64,000 nucleotides of DNA from Octopus vulgaris (Eukaryota). Where the stretch lies: the NCBI GenBank assembly GCA_951406725.2, contig OX597818.1, positions 19,406,001 through 19,470,000 on the forward strand, written 5' to 3'. The notes under the pieces are model-generated. The model was not told the origin of the DNA and did no database searches. It saw nothing but the letters and a program-made list of their open reading frames with translations. This document shows positions 38,216-50,344 of this stretch, one piece after another; the stretch's first letter is position 1; the number at the start of each line of letters is the position of its first letter. The translations under genes and the position numbers were made by a program.

Positions 38216-38701
38216 TACTACAGAGCTAGATTAAACGAAATCTGCGACAGATGCGCATTTCGTAGTTTTTGCAGCTTGTCAGTACCACGCACTCAGATCA
38301 GCTTGATAAGAAGTCTCTTCGGTCAGACTGAAGTATATTGTAAGATGAATAAATAATACACTATTTTTTGCAAAAGAGACCGTTGGGCTAAATAATATTC
38401 AAATTATGCAATAGAAGTAACTCTAGATTAAATTTTTTTCTATATCGCATACTTAACGTATGTCATATCAATGAAAAAATAGAAGCTCCAGTGGTCATCT
38501 CGGGAAAAATACCTTTATACATGTAGTGTGTGTTTTAAAATCACAATATGCTTCGAAGCTAGTTTGTTGTCTACGTTCAAATTTTGATATAGAGTTGATT
38601 ATATTGCGTAATTTGAATATAATCATTTACATTAATTATCGTTCTTTTGGATTATTAGATGAATACAGGTTAAGAGGTGTTTCTTCTTCTTCTTCTTCTT
38701 C

Positions 38702-38760
<59 letters not shown>

Positions 38761-38839
38761 TCATGTTTGACTTTTGCTTTACATTTGTACAAGTTGGCTC
38801 CAAGTCTCACCCAAAGACCTCAAGAGACAAGTTTGTTAC

Positions 38840-38840
<1 letters not shown>
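38761..38840 (-). mobile_element. Short probable R4/Dong-type LINE 3' end embedded in (TAA)n
   Basis: ~80-bp unique insert (rc gaggtctttgggtgagacttgga...gtcaaacatgaa-(taa)n) with (ATT)n on both sides. Confidence 0.5.
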
Positions 38841-38902
<62 letters not shown>

Positions 38903-39537
38903 CAAGCCCGCGAGCAAACAGAATTGTTAGCACACGAAACAAAATGCTTTGCGGCATTTCATCTGGCTTTATGTTCTGAGTTCAAATTCCGCCGAGGTTG
39001 ACTTTGCCTTTTATTCTGTTAGAGTCGCTAAAACAAGTACCAGCTGATCACTGGAGTCGATGTAATCGGCTTCCATCCTCCCCCACAATTGCTGGCCTTG
39101 TGCCAACATTTAAAACCATGATGATGATCATCATCATCAAGGTGACGAGCAGGCAGAATCGTTAGTACGCCGGGCGAAATGCTTAGCGGTATTTCGTCTG
39201 CCGCTACGTTCTGAGTTCAAATTCCGCCGAGGTCGACTTTGCCTTTCATCCTTTTGGGGTCGATTAAATAAGTACCAGTTATGCACTGGTGTCGGTATAA
39301 TGGACTTAATCCATTTGTCTGTCCTTGTTTGTCCTCTCTGTGTTTAGTCCCTTGTGGGTAGTAAAGAAATAGGTTATTTCGTCTGCCGTTACGTTCTGAG
39401 GTCAAATTTCGCCTTGGTCGACTTTGCCTTTCATCCTTTTGGAGTCGATAAAATAAGTACCAGTTGAACACTGGGATCGATGTAATTGACTCATCCCCGC
39501 CTCCAAAATTGCAGGCCTCGTACCTATTTTAGAAAGA
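38903..39537 (+). mobile_element. SINE family B monomer (38903-39117) followed by dimer (39138-39537)
   Basis: Three gttctgag.tcaaatt.cgcc..ggt.gactttgccttt modules. Confidence 0.88.
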
Positions 39538-39998
39538 ATTTTTTATCATAATCATATATTTATTTATTTATTTATTTTAGTTTATAAAACTAAGGCGCTG
39601 ACATGTAAATGTACTTAATCGTATTCTGTACAAAATTGAATAAAGGAAATTCTTCAAAAAAATTATTAAAGTTATGGTTTCTTTTTAGCCTAAGTATGAT
39701 TTGTCTGGAAATCAACCTTTAACCAAGTGAAATGGCGATTGAGAACATAAGCGATTATAACACCATTAATTAATAAGTAAAATAACGACTAATTAAATAA
39801 ACGCTTTAAAGAATATTTTGAAGAACATAATTAATTACATGAATGGTGACTATGAAGCAACGAATTTAGGTTAATGTAGTATTAACCGTATAAATTTAAC
39901 ACTATACAGCTCTATTTGCGGTTTATTCAAATTCGTTTTCTTATTTTTCAGTATAAGTTTTAACTGTCTGCTTCATTCACTCATAATTCGCCAATTTT

Positions 39999-40394
39999 AG
40001 GAGTGGCTGTGTGGTAAGTAGCTTGCTTACGAACCACATGGTTCCGGGTTCAGTCCCACTGTGTGGCACCTTGGGCAAGTGTTTTCTACTATAGCCTCGG
40101 GCCGGCCAAAGCCTTGTGAGTGGATTTGGTAGACGGAAACTGAAAGAAGCCCGTCTTATATATGTATATATATATGTATGTATGTGTGTGTCTGTGTTTG
40201 TCCCCCAACATTGCTTGACAACCGATACTGGTGTGTTTACGTCCCCGTAACTTAGCGGTTCGGCAAAAGAGACCGATAGAATAAGTACTAGGCTTACAAA
40301 GAATAAGTCTTGGGGTCGATTTACTCGACTAAATGTGGTGCTCCAGCATGACCACAGTCAAATGACTGAAACAAGTAAAAGAGTAAAACAGTAA
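39999..40394 (+). mobile_element. tRNA-derived SINE family A, reference copy
   Basis: A box TGGCTGTGTGG (40004-40014), B-box-like GGTTCAGTCCC (40047-40057), central (TA/TG)n, (gtaaaa)-type tail; more than 10 relatives in the window. Confidence 0.93.
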
Positions 40395-40729
40395 CTTCTT
40401 TGTTAAAAAACCTTCCACTTCTCTTTCATTTCCTTACTATTTGTTCAACCTTTCTTTTACTGCTTTGTCGGCAGGAAGGGTAGTGTTTTATGATCATTTA
40501 CACGACTTCATAGACTCGTAAGGATGATTTGGAGGTATCCATAAACCAGAATTCTGGTTTGAATGCTTGCAACAGATTGGACTCTTCCCAAGAAGGCCGC
40601 AGCAGTATTTGAACTCAGGACGCCAAGACTCAGATAAAATACCGACTCCGCCAATTCACCGACTTTTACGCTTGCTTTTGCACTTCCACATACATAACTA
40701 CACGTGTGTGTGTGTGTGTGTTTATATAT

Positions 40730-40779
<50 letters not shown>

Positions 40780-40781
<2 letters not shown>

Positions 40782-40940
40782 TTCTCTCTCTCTGTTTATT
40801 TCTTCGTGTTCCTTTCTGTTGAAGAGCATAGGCTCGAAACGTAAAAGACCTTCTCAACTTCCCGAGCGTTACACTAATACACCTGTTTATTGTTTATACA
40901 CCTGTCTTCGTCTTTTGTTTTTCTGTAAATTTCAACTATG
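40780..40940 (+). mobile_element. PLE terminal-repeat-like element, family P2, with hammerhead at 40812-40847
   Basis: cttt-CTGTTGA-A-GAGC-atag-GCTC-GAAAC-GTA-aaag; shared tail ctaataca...cacctgtcttcgtcttttgttt. Confidence 0.75.
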
Positions 40941-41013
40941 TATATATGTATGTATGTATGTATGTATGCATGTATGCATGCATGTATGCATGTATGTATG
41001 TATGTATGTATGT

Positions 41014-41094
<81 letters not shown>

Positions 41095-41277
41095 GTATAT
41101 ATATGTGAAAGATTAAAATTAATGACAGGATATACTAGGTATATCTACCTGCTGGAAACAACAGTCAAAACTCTTACTTAAATCGCCAGAATACACTGAT
41201 AATAAATACAAAATCAAACGTCCAAAGGCAAACCGGCTAAAACAAACTCCCAGCATACATTCAAGTATTTGACTCAC

Positions 41278-41323
41278 GTCGACTGGTTTCTGTACTGGCA
41301 AATAGCCTCAGCTTCCTCAGCAC
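41278..41323 (-). ncRNA. Degenerate hammerhead motif with canonical core
   Basis: Minus strand gtg-CTGAGGA-...ggc-tattt-gcc...-GAAAC-ca-GTC-gac; helices I and II are imperfect. Confidence 0.4.
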
Positions 41324-41454
41324 ATGTTACTATGACAGGGACTCCCAACCCGTCGTGTTGAAGTCTGCGCTGCAACTGATTCGTTTTGCGCCGAATTATT
41401 TTTTTCGTGAATTAGTTTTTCTCGTGAATCATTTGCTTCGTATTGAAACTATAT

Positions 41455-41498
<44 letters not shown>

Positions 41499-41708
41499 CT
41501 TTTAAACTAAATTTGGATGGACTCATTTTAAACTCTGTTGGACTTTTGGAATTTACTCATAGGATATTGGAATATTGCATATATACCATTATGCCTAAAA
41601 ATGGATTTACAACCCATACATATCTTGCATCTATTTTCTTTCCTCCACATCACTCTCCATTTTGTATCACATTTAAACTAACTATGATTTAACTATCCTT
41701 TCACACTG

Positions 41709-41758
41709 TCTCCGATGTAGGGATATAATTAATAAATATCCTAGAAACAGCTGTAAGA
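41709..41758 (+). ncRNA. Type I hammerhead motif with palindromic helix III (two core substitutions)
   Basis: tct-CCGATGT-A-GGGATAT-aattaataa-ATATCCT-a-GAAA-CAGCTG-TA-aga; ACAGCTGT is a palindrome. Confidence 0.6.
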
Positions 41759-41884
41759 ACTTCTATCTATAAATGCTCTAATATCTACACAGCCTTGTAG
41801 ATATTTGTAGTTTTTTAATCTCATTTTGAAATATATATATATATATATATATATACATACATACATATTACATATATACATAGT

Positions 41885-42150
41885 TAATTCAAATAAAAAT
41901 CGAAAACAAGCACAAGAAAAAACAACAACGTGGGGACGTCGTACATACAAAGTATTAGCAAACGCTCAAGGAAGGAACTAAAGGTAGTTTTACGATTCGA
42001 GCAAAGCTCTTTGTCAGAAACAGGATACGGAGTAAAGTCCAAGAGAAAAGGAAGACGGAGGAAAAAAAATTGGGACGATCCGCATGTGGTTACATTTTGA
42101 AATGACCGGATAGGAATGGGTGAAGAAAAAGTTCTTTCTAAGAAGGACAG
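41885..42150 (-). mobile_element. PLE terminal-repeat-like element, family P1, with decayed hammerhead at 41987-42021
   Basis: Minus strand gttt-CTGACAA-A-GAGC-ttt-GCTC-GAATC-GTA-aaac; tail homologous to 16100-16195. Confidence 0.7.
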
Positions 42151-42261
42151 TGTAAGAGAAAGAGGTATCTGCGTGTATGTTTGGGCATGTGTGTGTGCGT
42201 ATGTATATACATACATATATCTATATATACATATGTATATATATATATACATACATACATA

Positions 42262-42323
<62 letters not shown>

Positions 42324-42582
42324 ATAATAAATAAAGACTAAAAATAAACAAAGAAATATGTAATTAAGTATGCTGGTATTTGCATTTGAGTTGGCTGCGG
42401 CGGCGGTTGTAGCGTAAGAAAGACGGTTTTCGCAATATTTTTCTGAATCATTTCGAGAAAAGTCGTCACCTTCCAGAATGTTCTTTTTTGACGTCATTGT
42501 CAAGCAAGGTTAGTCAGCAGACACAACAACAACAACAACAACAACAACAATATCAATAACAGTAACAAGGCTGTGATGAGTA

Positions 42583-43207
42583 CAGTAATCCCTCGACTAT
42601 CGCTAGTGTTACTTTCCACATAAATAATTAAAATCTAAAAAATGTTGTGATGTACTATTAAAGCCTCCATCTTCGTATTATATTATTCTTGCATGTGTGT
42701 GTGTGTGTGTGTGTGTTTGTGTGCGCGCGCGTAAGAGCGAAACATTTACTTATAAAAGGAGTCGATAGTTTTGGTAGAATCAGATTTATCAAATATATAC
42801 TGGTGATGACATCTCTGAGGGTGATTTTAACTGACAAACAAGGATTATAGAGTAAATACCATTGGACTAGCTCCGGCAGAGCAACGACCATCTCGTGGAA
42901 CTGGGATCTACAATGTACAATCATGACCATGCTATATAAGAACTGTAAAACCGCAATATCCAATTGTAATCTTCGTTTTAACAAGATTCCTGTCACAACC
43001 ATCCTATCTAGCATTACATTATCCAATCTAATCGTCTAACTCTAAAGATAGTACGGCGTGTTTCGAAGGAGCGATGTACTGAGAAGTCCGCGATATAAAT
43101 TTACATATATTAGCCAGAAAAATCAGCGATGTACTGATTACGCGATTGGTGAATCGCAATGTACTGAGTGCGCGATAGGTGAACCGCGATATGGCGAGGG
43201 ATTACTG
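42583..43207. mobile_element. Tigger/pogo-type MITE whose interior is an inverted copy of downstream flank
   Basis: TA-flanked perfect 13-bp TIR cagtaatccctcg / cgagggattactg; subterminal gc.atgtactga repeats at 43071-43190. Confidence 0.85.
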
Positions 43208-43678
43208 TATATGTTTGTGGTTTGCCATATGTTTCTTCGATTAACTAACATCTTTGTCAACGAAGCACTTCTTTTTAGCGACCTACATTCATTAACAGAG
43301 GACTCTCTGCGCTGTCGCTCGCACTGCTAGATATACCAGACAAAGCTCCTTCGAAACACGCCGTACTATCTTTAGAGTTAGACGATTAGATAGGATAATG
43401 TAATGCTAGATGAGATGGTTGTGACAGGAATCTTGTTAAAACGAAGATTACAATTGGACATTGCAGCTTTACAGCTCTACATAGCATGGTCATGATTGTT
43501 CATTGTACATCCCAGTTCTACAACGAGATGGTCGTTGCTCTGCCGGAGCTAGTCCAATGGTATTTACTCTATAATCCTTGTTTGTCAGTTAAAATCACCT
43601 TCAGAGATGTCATCACCAGTATATATTTGATAAATCTGATCCTACCAAAACTATTGACTCCTTTTATAAGTAAATGGT

Positions 43679-43735
<57 letters not shown>

Positions 43736-43828
43736 CACACACACACATGCAAGAATAATATAACACGAAGATTGAGGATATATAATATAATACGAGGATG
43801 GAGGCTTTAATAGAACACCACAACATTT
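42640..43828. repeat. Long inverted duplication: arms 42640-43072 and 43345-43828, 272-bp spacer
   Basis: Arms are reverse complements with scattered substitutions; ORF-track peptides 42658..43026(-) and 43486..43758(+) are near identical. Confidence 0.95.
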
Positions 43829-44415
43829 GTTTCTGCACCGCATACCAACTTTTAAGTTGCGCACTCTATGCGATCTTTTTACTCTTTCGTTTTTCTCTCT
43901 CTTATTCTTTCACCTCCTCTTCTCCCACTATTCTATCCTATTACTCTGTCGCTCATTCTCCATCACTCCTCCTCCTTTGCTCACGTGGCTCCCACGTAAC
44001 CATCGGCCATCTTTCTTTCTCTCTGTTGTAGCTGGAACAAGGAAGACGTGTTCTTGTTTGTCTCCTGTCCTAGCTTGATTTACGCTTTCGCCGCCACAAC
44101 TTCGTTTAGGCTTAGCAGCCCTTTCTGTTTGTTTTCACTGTCCTGTTTGTATTACCTATTTTGACCCTCCGCAAAATCTCAAAATTTATTTAATTTGCTT
44201 TGCGGAAGCAACTGTTTTATCGAAAGCGTATATTGTTGATTAATGCTCGAAATACAGACTAGAAAAACAGCCAACAACTGATGAAGGGTCGTTCGTTATG
44301 TTTGTTTTGTTTTCCATTTGCATCTTTCGTTGTTCGAAAGAATAGTTCATGTTCCATGTACTCTTGATTCGTACTTTTTTGTTGCACACGTTTCATGACG
44401 TCCTGTGCCTACATA

Positions 44416-44469
<54 letters not shown>

Positions 44470-44527
44470 TATATATATACGTATAGATGTAAGTATATAC
44501 ATATACGTATGAATATATATATATATA

Positions 44528-45834
44528 CAGAGGTTGGACAAAATAATGGAAACACCTTAAAATTTCAAACAAATATATTTTAATATGGGGTAGGACCGCC
44601 TTTGGCAGTAATTACAGCTTGAATTCTACGAGGTATGAACTTGTACAAAGTTTCAATTGTTTCCAAAGGAAATTTTGTCCATTTGTTTCTAAAGGAATTT
44701 TTGTCCATTCTTCAGCTAAAACCGTCTCCAGTTCTTGTAGTGATGATGGTGGAGGATATCGACTCTTTCCTTGTTTTCCTAAAGTGCACCGTAAATGTTC
44801 AATAATATTGAGATCTGGGGACAGTGGTGGCCAGATAATATGTTCAACTTCACTAGAATGTTCCTTGTGCCATTCAGTAACAACTTTAGCTGCGTGAATT
44901 GGTGCACTATCATCCTGAAAGATTGCATTTCTCTCTGGAAACAGTTCCGCAACCATAAGATAAATTTGATCAGTTAAAAGGCTTAAATAGTCTTGACTAT
45001 TAATTCTGCCATGAAGGAAAACCATTGGCTCGGCTGATTTCCAAGATATAGCCCCCCACCCCTCCACCAGATCATCACAGATCCTCCTCCATCTTTAACA
45101 GTTGGAGGAAGGCAGTCTGAGTGAAATGCTTCTTTCGGCTGTCTCCACACGTATATTCGGTCGGTTGTCGGAAATAAGGTAAAGGATAACTCGTCCGAGA
45201 GAATAACATTTTTCCACTGCTCTGGGGACCAATTCTGTAGGTTTTTACTCCCCTCTAAACGCTTTGCAACGTTTGGTTTTGGAAGTAGTGGTTTTCTGAT
45301 TGCAGCCATCCTATGAAATCCGGTTTTGTGCAGCTCCTGGCAAACGGTTTTTGTGGAAACTGGGTTCTCATGGTGGTCATTAAGCTCTGCAGTAATTTTG
45401 GGCACTGTACTTTTGCGATCCTTTCTGACAATTTGCGTAAGAGTTCGACGGTCCCTATCTGAAACTTTTGATTTTCTTCCGGAGTTTTGTTTCGACGAGG
45501 AGGTTTTTCTCTCTTTCTCAAAATCTGTCATTACTTTCGAGACAGAATTTAATCCATCAAATATTTCGGCTGTTTTCGTTACGCTAGCGCCTGCCATACG
45601 AACACCAACAATTTGACCTCTTTGAAAGTCCGATAGATCTGAAATTTTAATGAATTTTAATTACCATTTCCTGATGATATCTGAAAAGAAACAGCAATTT
45701 TAGCAAAACATATTAAGCAGCACTAATAATAAATCAAAACACATAAAAATAAACAAGCTTTTGACGGTTTTATAGATATTTCAAAAATATGATGCTATGA
45801 TGGTAGGTGTTTCCATTATTTTGTCCAAATCCTG
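44528..45834 (-). mobile_element. Full-length (1307 bp) Tc1-type DNA transposon
   Basis: 30-bp TIRs cagaggttggacaaaataatggaaacacct (44528-44557) and rc caggatttggacaaaataatggaaacacct (45805-45834), 27/30 identical; TA on both sides. Confidence 0.96.
44580..45645 (-). pseudogene. Tc1-family transposase pseudogene, DD36E catalytic spacing
   Basis: ISDLSDFQRGQIVGVRMAGASVTKTA...SGRKSK...VILSDE...GGGSVMIW/GAISW...FQDDSAPIH...SPDLNIIE...IPRRIQAVITAKGGPTPY*. Likely start codon reads ATT; frameshift near 45060; 26-bp tandem duplication at 44657-44708. Confidence 0.93.
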
Positions 45835-45866
<32 letters not shown>

Positions 45867-45898
45867 TGTATGTATGTATGTATGTATGTATGTATGTA

Positions 45899-45939
<41 letters not shown>

Positions 45940-46139
45940 GTGTATGTATGTGTGTATGTATGTATGTATACATGCATGCGTAAAGACAGATAGACAGACA
46001 TACAGACAGATAGATAGATAGATAAGCTCATGTCCTAGGACTCATAACTAGGTTAGGCGGTTTCTGTGGCGTATAATTGGCCGAGATCACATTTCTTCCT
46101 GAAATGTGATCCGTTGAAGGGTTCTAGGCCAGAAATTGT

Positions 46140-46310
46140 TAGAAGAGGAAGCAAATAGATCGTATCCGCCCCAGCACTTGACTACTACTTTTTATTATCG
46201 ATTCCGAAGAGACAAATAGCGAAGTTGGATTCAGCGAGTTTGAACTGAGAACGTAAAGATCCAGAAGAAATGTCGCTAAGCATTTTGTCCGGCGTGCTAA
46301 CGATTCGGCT
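46140..46310 (-). mobile_element. SINE family B, degenerate
   Basis: gagtttgaactgagaacgtaaag...gaaatgtcgctaagcattttgtccggcgtgctaacgattc. Confidence 0.7.
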
Positions 46311-47000
46311 GATACATACATACATACATACATACATACATACATACATACATACATACATACATACTGTGCATACTGTACATACATACATACAGACAGA
46401 CAGACAGACAGATAGATAGATGTATATCAACCTTGGCATCAAGCGTGCACTTGTTTGGAAAGCACGTGCAAATGCCAGACGAAAACAAACCGACACGAAC
46501 AGAGAATTCCCTTGATCGTCGACTATCGATTGGAGATCAATATATATCACTATTTAGTATCACTATTTTCAGCGGCATCAGTTGCATAGAAGCTATTCAG
46601 GAACGAATGTTAGCGTTTAGATGCGTGTATTATTATATGCGATAGAATTCTATGTCAGTTTATCAGCTGTCGCTGCAGTGTGTATAACTTTTTACTGTTT
46701 CTTCAAGTTCAGCAAGGAGCAACGTCTTTTCCGACAGTTTCGGTTCTGTTTGGGAAACGTTTCACAGCATGCGTAACTGTTATATAGTTTGTCTCCGGAG
46801 AAATTGTATACGTAGTCACATCTACGTACGTACGTTCATACAGACGTTGAAATTTGTATGTATGTATGTATGTATGTATGTATGTATGTATGTATGTATG
46901 TATGTATGTATGTATGTATGTATGTATGTTTGCATGTATGTATGTGTGTATGTATGTTTGCATGTATGTATATGTGTTTGTGTTTGTGCGTACATGTAAT

Positions 47001-47063
<63 letters not shown>

Positions 47064-47066
<3 letters not shown>

Positions 47067-47278
47067 TCGCCATGTTGATTCGTTAGTTACTGCACGCATT
47101 TTTTTTCTCTCCTTCTTTCTGTGTTTTTTTTTCTCTCTGTGTATCTTTCTGTTGAAGAGCGTTGGCTCGAAACGTTAAAGACTTGTTTTATTTATATTTC
47201 CTGAGCGCCATACTAATACAATTGTTTGTTTGTTTTCCACCTGCCTTCGTCTTTTGTCTATTTTCATAAAGCTTCCCG

Positions 47279-47280
<2 letters not shown>
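47064..47280 (+). mobile_element. PLE terminal-repeat-like element, family P2, with hammerhead at 47144-47181
   Basis: Near-identical to 34880-35090; tcttt-CTGTTGA-A-GAGC-gttg-GCTC-GAAAC-GTT-aaaga; (TA)n on both sides. Confidence 0.85.
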
Positions 47281-47316
<36 letters not shown>

Positions 47317-47376
47317 TATATATTATTTTTTACCTGTATTGGGGCCATGCTGGAGTACTGTGTATGTATTTGTGCA

Positions 47377-47583
47377 CGAGGGGCTGCTGAAAAGTTCATG
47401 GCTTTGAGTAAAAGAAAATACAGGAGGATCAGTTAATTATGATTTTATACATATTTCCCTCTTAGATTCACACACTTATTACTTCAGTTTTTCTAAGCCC
47501 TGTAAAAGAATTCGGAAGATTGGGCCTCCAACTAGGCCTTTCGCGACACTCTTAAAGTCAGGAACTTTTCAGCACCCACCTCG
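47377..47583. mobile_element. mariner-derived MITE (207 bp)
   Basis: TIRs cgaggggctgctgaaaagttcatggcttt and rc cgaggtgggtgctgaaaagttcctgacttt; flanks CA and TA; interior minus strand KCVNLRGKYV resembles the mariner C-terminus. Confidence 0.8.
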
Positions 47584-48076
47584 TATGTTTGTATGTCTGT
47601 ATATGCATGTGCAGTTCTGGATATGACTTTGAACTGTATCTGGTAATGGGGCCCTGTTTCGAGAATTCCTGGGTTTTGAGGAGTGTGGGACCATCTCTTA
47701 GCTACTATTGTTCCCAGGTCTGGCACGGAACAGGGGCTCCTGTCAGGCTCCCAGCTATGGATTAATTAGCATGTCATGGAAGAAACTCCAGACATAAACC
47801 CTTATTACTTTGTGAGTACCTTGGGAAAGGAAAAGGTTTCGGGTTGTCAACCTCGACAGCAATCCAAGGAGTGGAGTCACTTAAGAGATTCAGTGCTCTC
47901 TTTGACAACTCCAGAGTAAGTAGAACTGTCCAGCAACGTAAACCAATTCACCTAGGAGAAGTCCACTCCGGTGTAAAAACCTACAGCTGCCAATCACCGC
48001 AGCCGTCTTAAACAGCTGATCCACTGCGGTCAGATCATCTCCAAGTCTAGAGTGGGACTCTCACTTAAAAACTAAG

Positions 48077-48311
48077 TAAAGGTAAAGTTACCCTCTCGAG
48101 TCATGCCGGTTCAGTTTCATGGCGTTTTAATTCATCATCTGGGTGCAACGTCGGTCCGTCGCAGGATTACTCATTTTTGCCAGATGAGAGAACTGGAGCA
48201 ATGTGAAATGAAGTGTTTTGCTCAAGAACACAACGCATTGCCCGGTCCAGGAATCGAAACCACAATCTTACAGTCATGAGTCCGACACGCTAACCACTAA
48301 ACCACGCGCCT
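48077..48311 (-). mobile_element. SINE with family C head and a different tail ending in actttaccttta
   Basis: Minus-strand head ggcgcgtggtttagtggttagcg...gtttcgattcc, then gtgttcttgagcaaaacacttcatttcacattgctccag. Confidence 0.8.
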
Positions 48312-48757
48312 CCACACTTACAAACTACTAAACATTAGCAAAATTGAAAGCCCTAAAGTATCAGGGATCGATTTACATGGTCACTTGAGGGCACGGTGCT
48401 CTTTTTCATGGTCTTCGAACACCATAAAATTGCTATCATATATATGTGTATATCCCTGTAAGTATATGTGCACGCGTAGAATATTGTAGTTTTGTAAAAT
48501 GATTTTACCGCATTTTACATGTTTTTGCGTTAAAATTTGTTGTAACTTCTGGTAACTGTGTTTAATTAATTAATGACCCCCTGCTTACAGTGTAATAAAA
48601 TTGTTCGATGATTGATTTAACCATAGAGACAGGTGCGTTTGTGATGAAAAAGAACAAAAATTTCGGAGATAAACTATTGAAAATATACTATAGTCACGTT
48701 TTAAATAATTACATATATATGTCACGAAAGACAGCTACCATCCCCCCCATACACACA

Positions 48758-48788
<31 letters not shown>

Positions 48789-49074
48789 GAAGAGAGAGAG
48801 AGAGATACTGAGTGAGAGAATGCACTTAAGAGAAAAACTTATAGACGTGTGCAGAGTGAGGAAGAAGAACGGTGCGCAAGTTATACTTGTGATAAAAATG
48901 CCTGATTTTTCTGAAATCAGCACCACCCTTCACCACTTGTCGAAATTTTGAATATATATTAACTGTAGGCGGGATATGATTTTAAAAGAAAACTGTATTT
49001 TCTGTTTTAAATTTGCTTTTCTGTTTTCTCAAATGCTATGCCAAATGAAGAGCATATATATGTGTGTTTACGTG

Positions 49075-49152
<78 letters not shown>

Positions 49153-49726
49153 GTGTGTGTGTGTTTGTGTGTAGGATATATAGATAGATATATAGATCGA
49201 CATGCATACATAATATATACATACATATATCATTAATCAGTCACATCGCTATGTTCAAATGGTTTAACGAAATAGTTTTCCCTGTTACGTGTTTTCTCAT
49301 TTTCTTCTAGTTTGTTCTGGTAATGAGGTATCTGATTCTCAATCTGCTGGTTGGCACAGCCCCAAACCTGCTTTATTCATATAATTTCTACACAGCTGTG
49401 ACTCTTCTCTGTTGCTAGCGAAGGCATTTACTGGAATAGTTTGGATTTCGCGCTGATAGATTGTTTAGAGGTACGTAGTTAAGACTTGAAAAGAAAATAT
49501 TCTTTTTTGTTCCTCTGTTTATGGCTTTGTTTGACAAAAAGAAAAATGAAAAACATAACGAAATTAAGAAAATAATAACGGGCAGGAAAGAGGTAGGAAA
49601 AAAAGAAAATTTATATAATCTGTAAAGTTTAATGGAGTTTACTTAACGTGATTAAGTGCGAGCACGTTTGTGTGTGTATACATACATACATACATACATA
49701 CATACATACATACATACATACACACA

Positions 49727-49784
<58 letters not shown>

Positions 49785-50344
49785 TATATATATTCACATG
49801 CACGAGAAGCCTTCGATTTTTTTCTATCTGAAAGAGATTTTAATTTAATATTTACATGATGCAGTAAGTTAGATCTTCATCAACTTCGAATAATACAACT
49901 AAAGACAAATTATTTCGCGTTCTCTCAAAATTTCTAAATTCTTATGACGTAAACACTATATGTACGTACACACACACACACACACATATGTTTGCTCGTT
50001 TGTATGTATACATGTTTTCGATATCATATTTACAGGGTCTCCAAGATAAATTTTGCAATGTGGGATAAGAAAGTATTCAAAACATTTTTCTTTATCCTTT
50101 CATCACGTGCTTCGGGTATGAGGCTGTCAAGTGTTTCTCGTTTTTTTAAATTTTATTTATTTATTTATTTATTTATTTTGCTCTCTGGACTGTAGACCAA
50201 TATACCGTCTGGCTAAAGTCCCTCCCTTTTTACAGGCCATGCTTTTCAGGAAGGTTAGTTATGCATACATTCTCAGATTTGAAGTCAATGTTGCATAACA
50301 GCAATTGGATATTATACGGCATCCAGTTGATTATTTGTTACGTT

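Noticed and set aside
39999-40075. tRNA genes in SINE heads
   Set aside because: A/B boxes are present but there is no complete cloverleaf, and each continues into a SINE body.
42658-43758. Two near-identical ORFs on opposite strands as paralogous genes
   Set aside because: A by-product of the inverted duplication; no recognisable domain and both run into microsatellites.
44273-44355. CTGATGAAGGG...TTCGAAA possible hammerhead
   Set aside because: Helices II and III pair poorly; too degenerate to call by eye.
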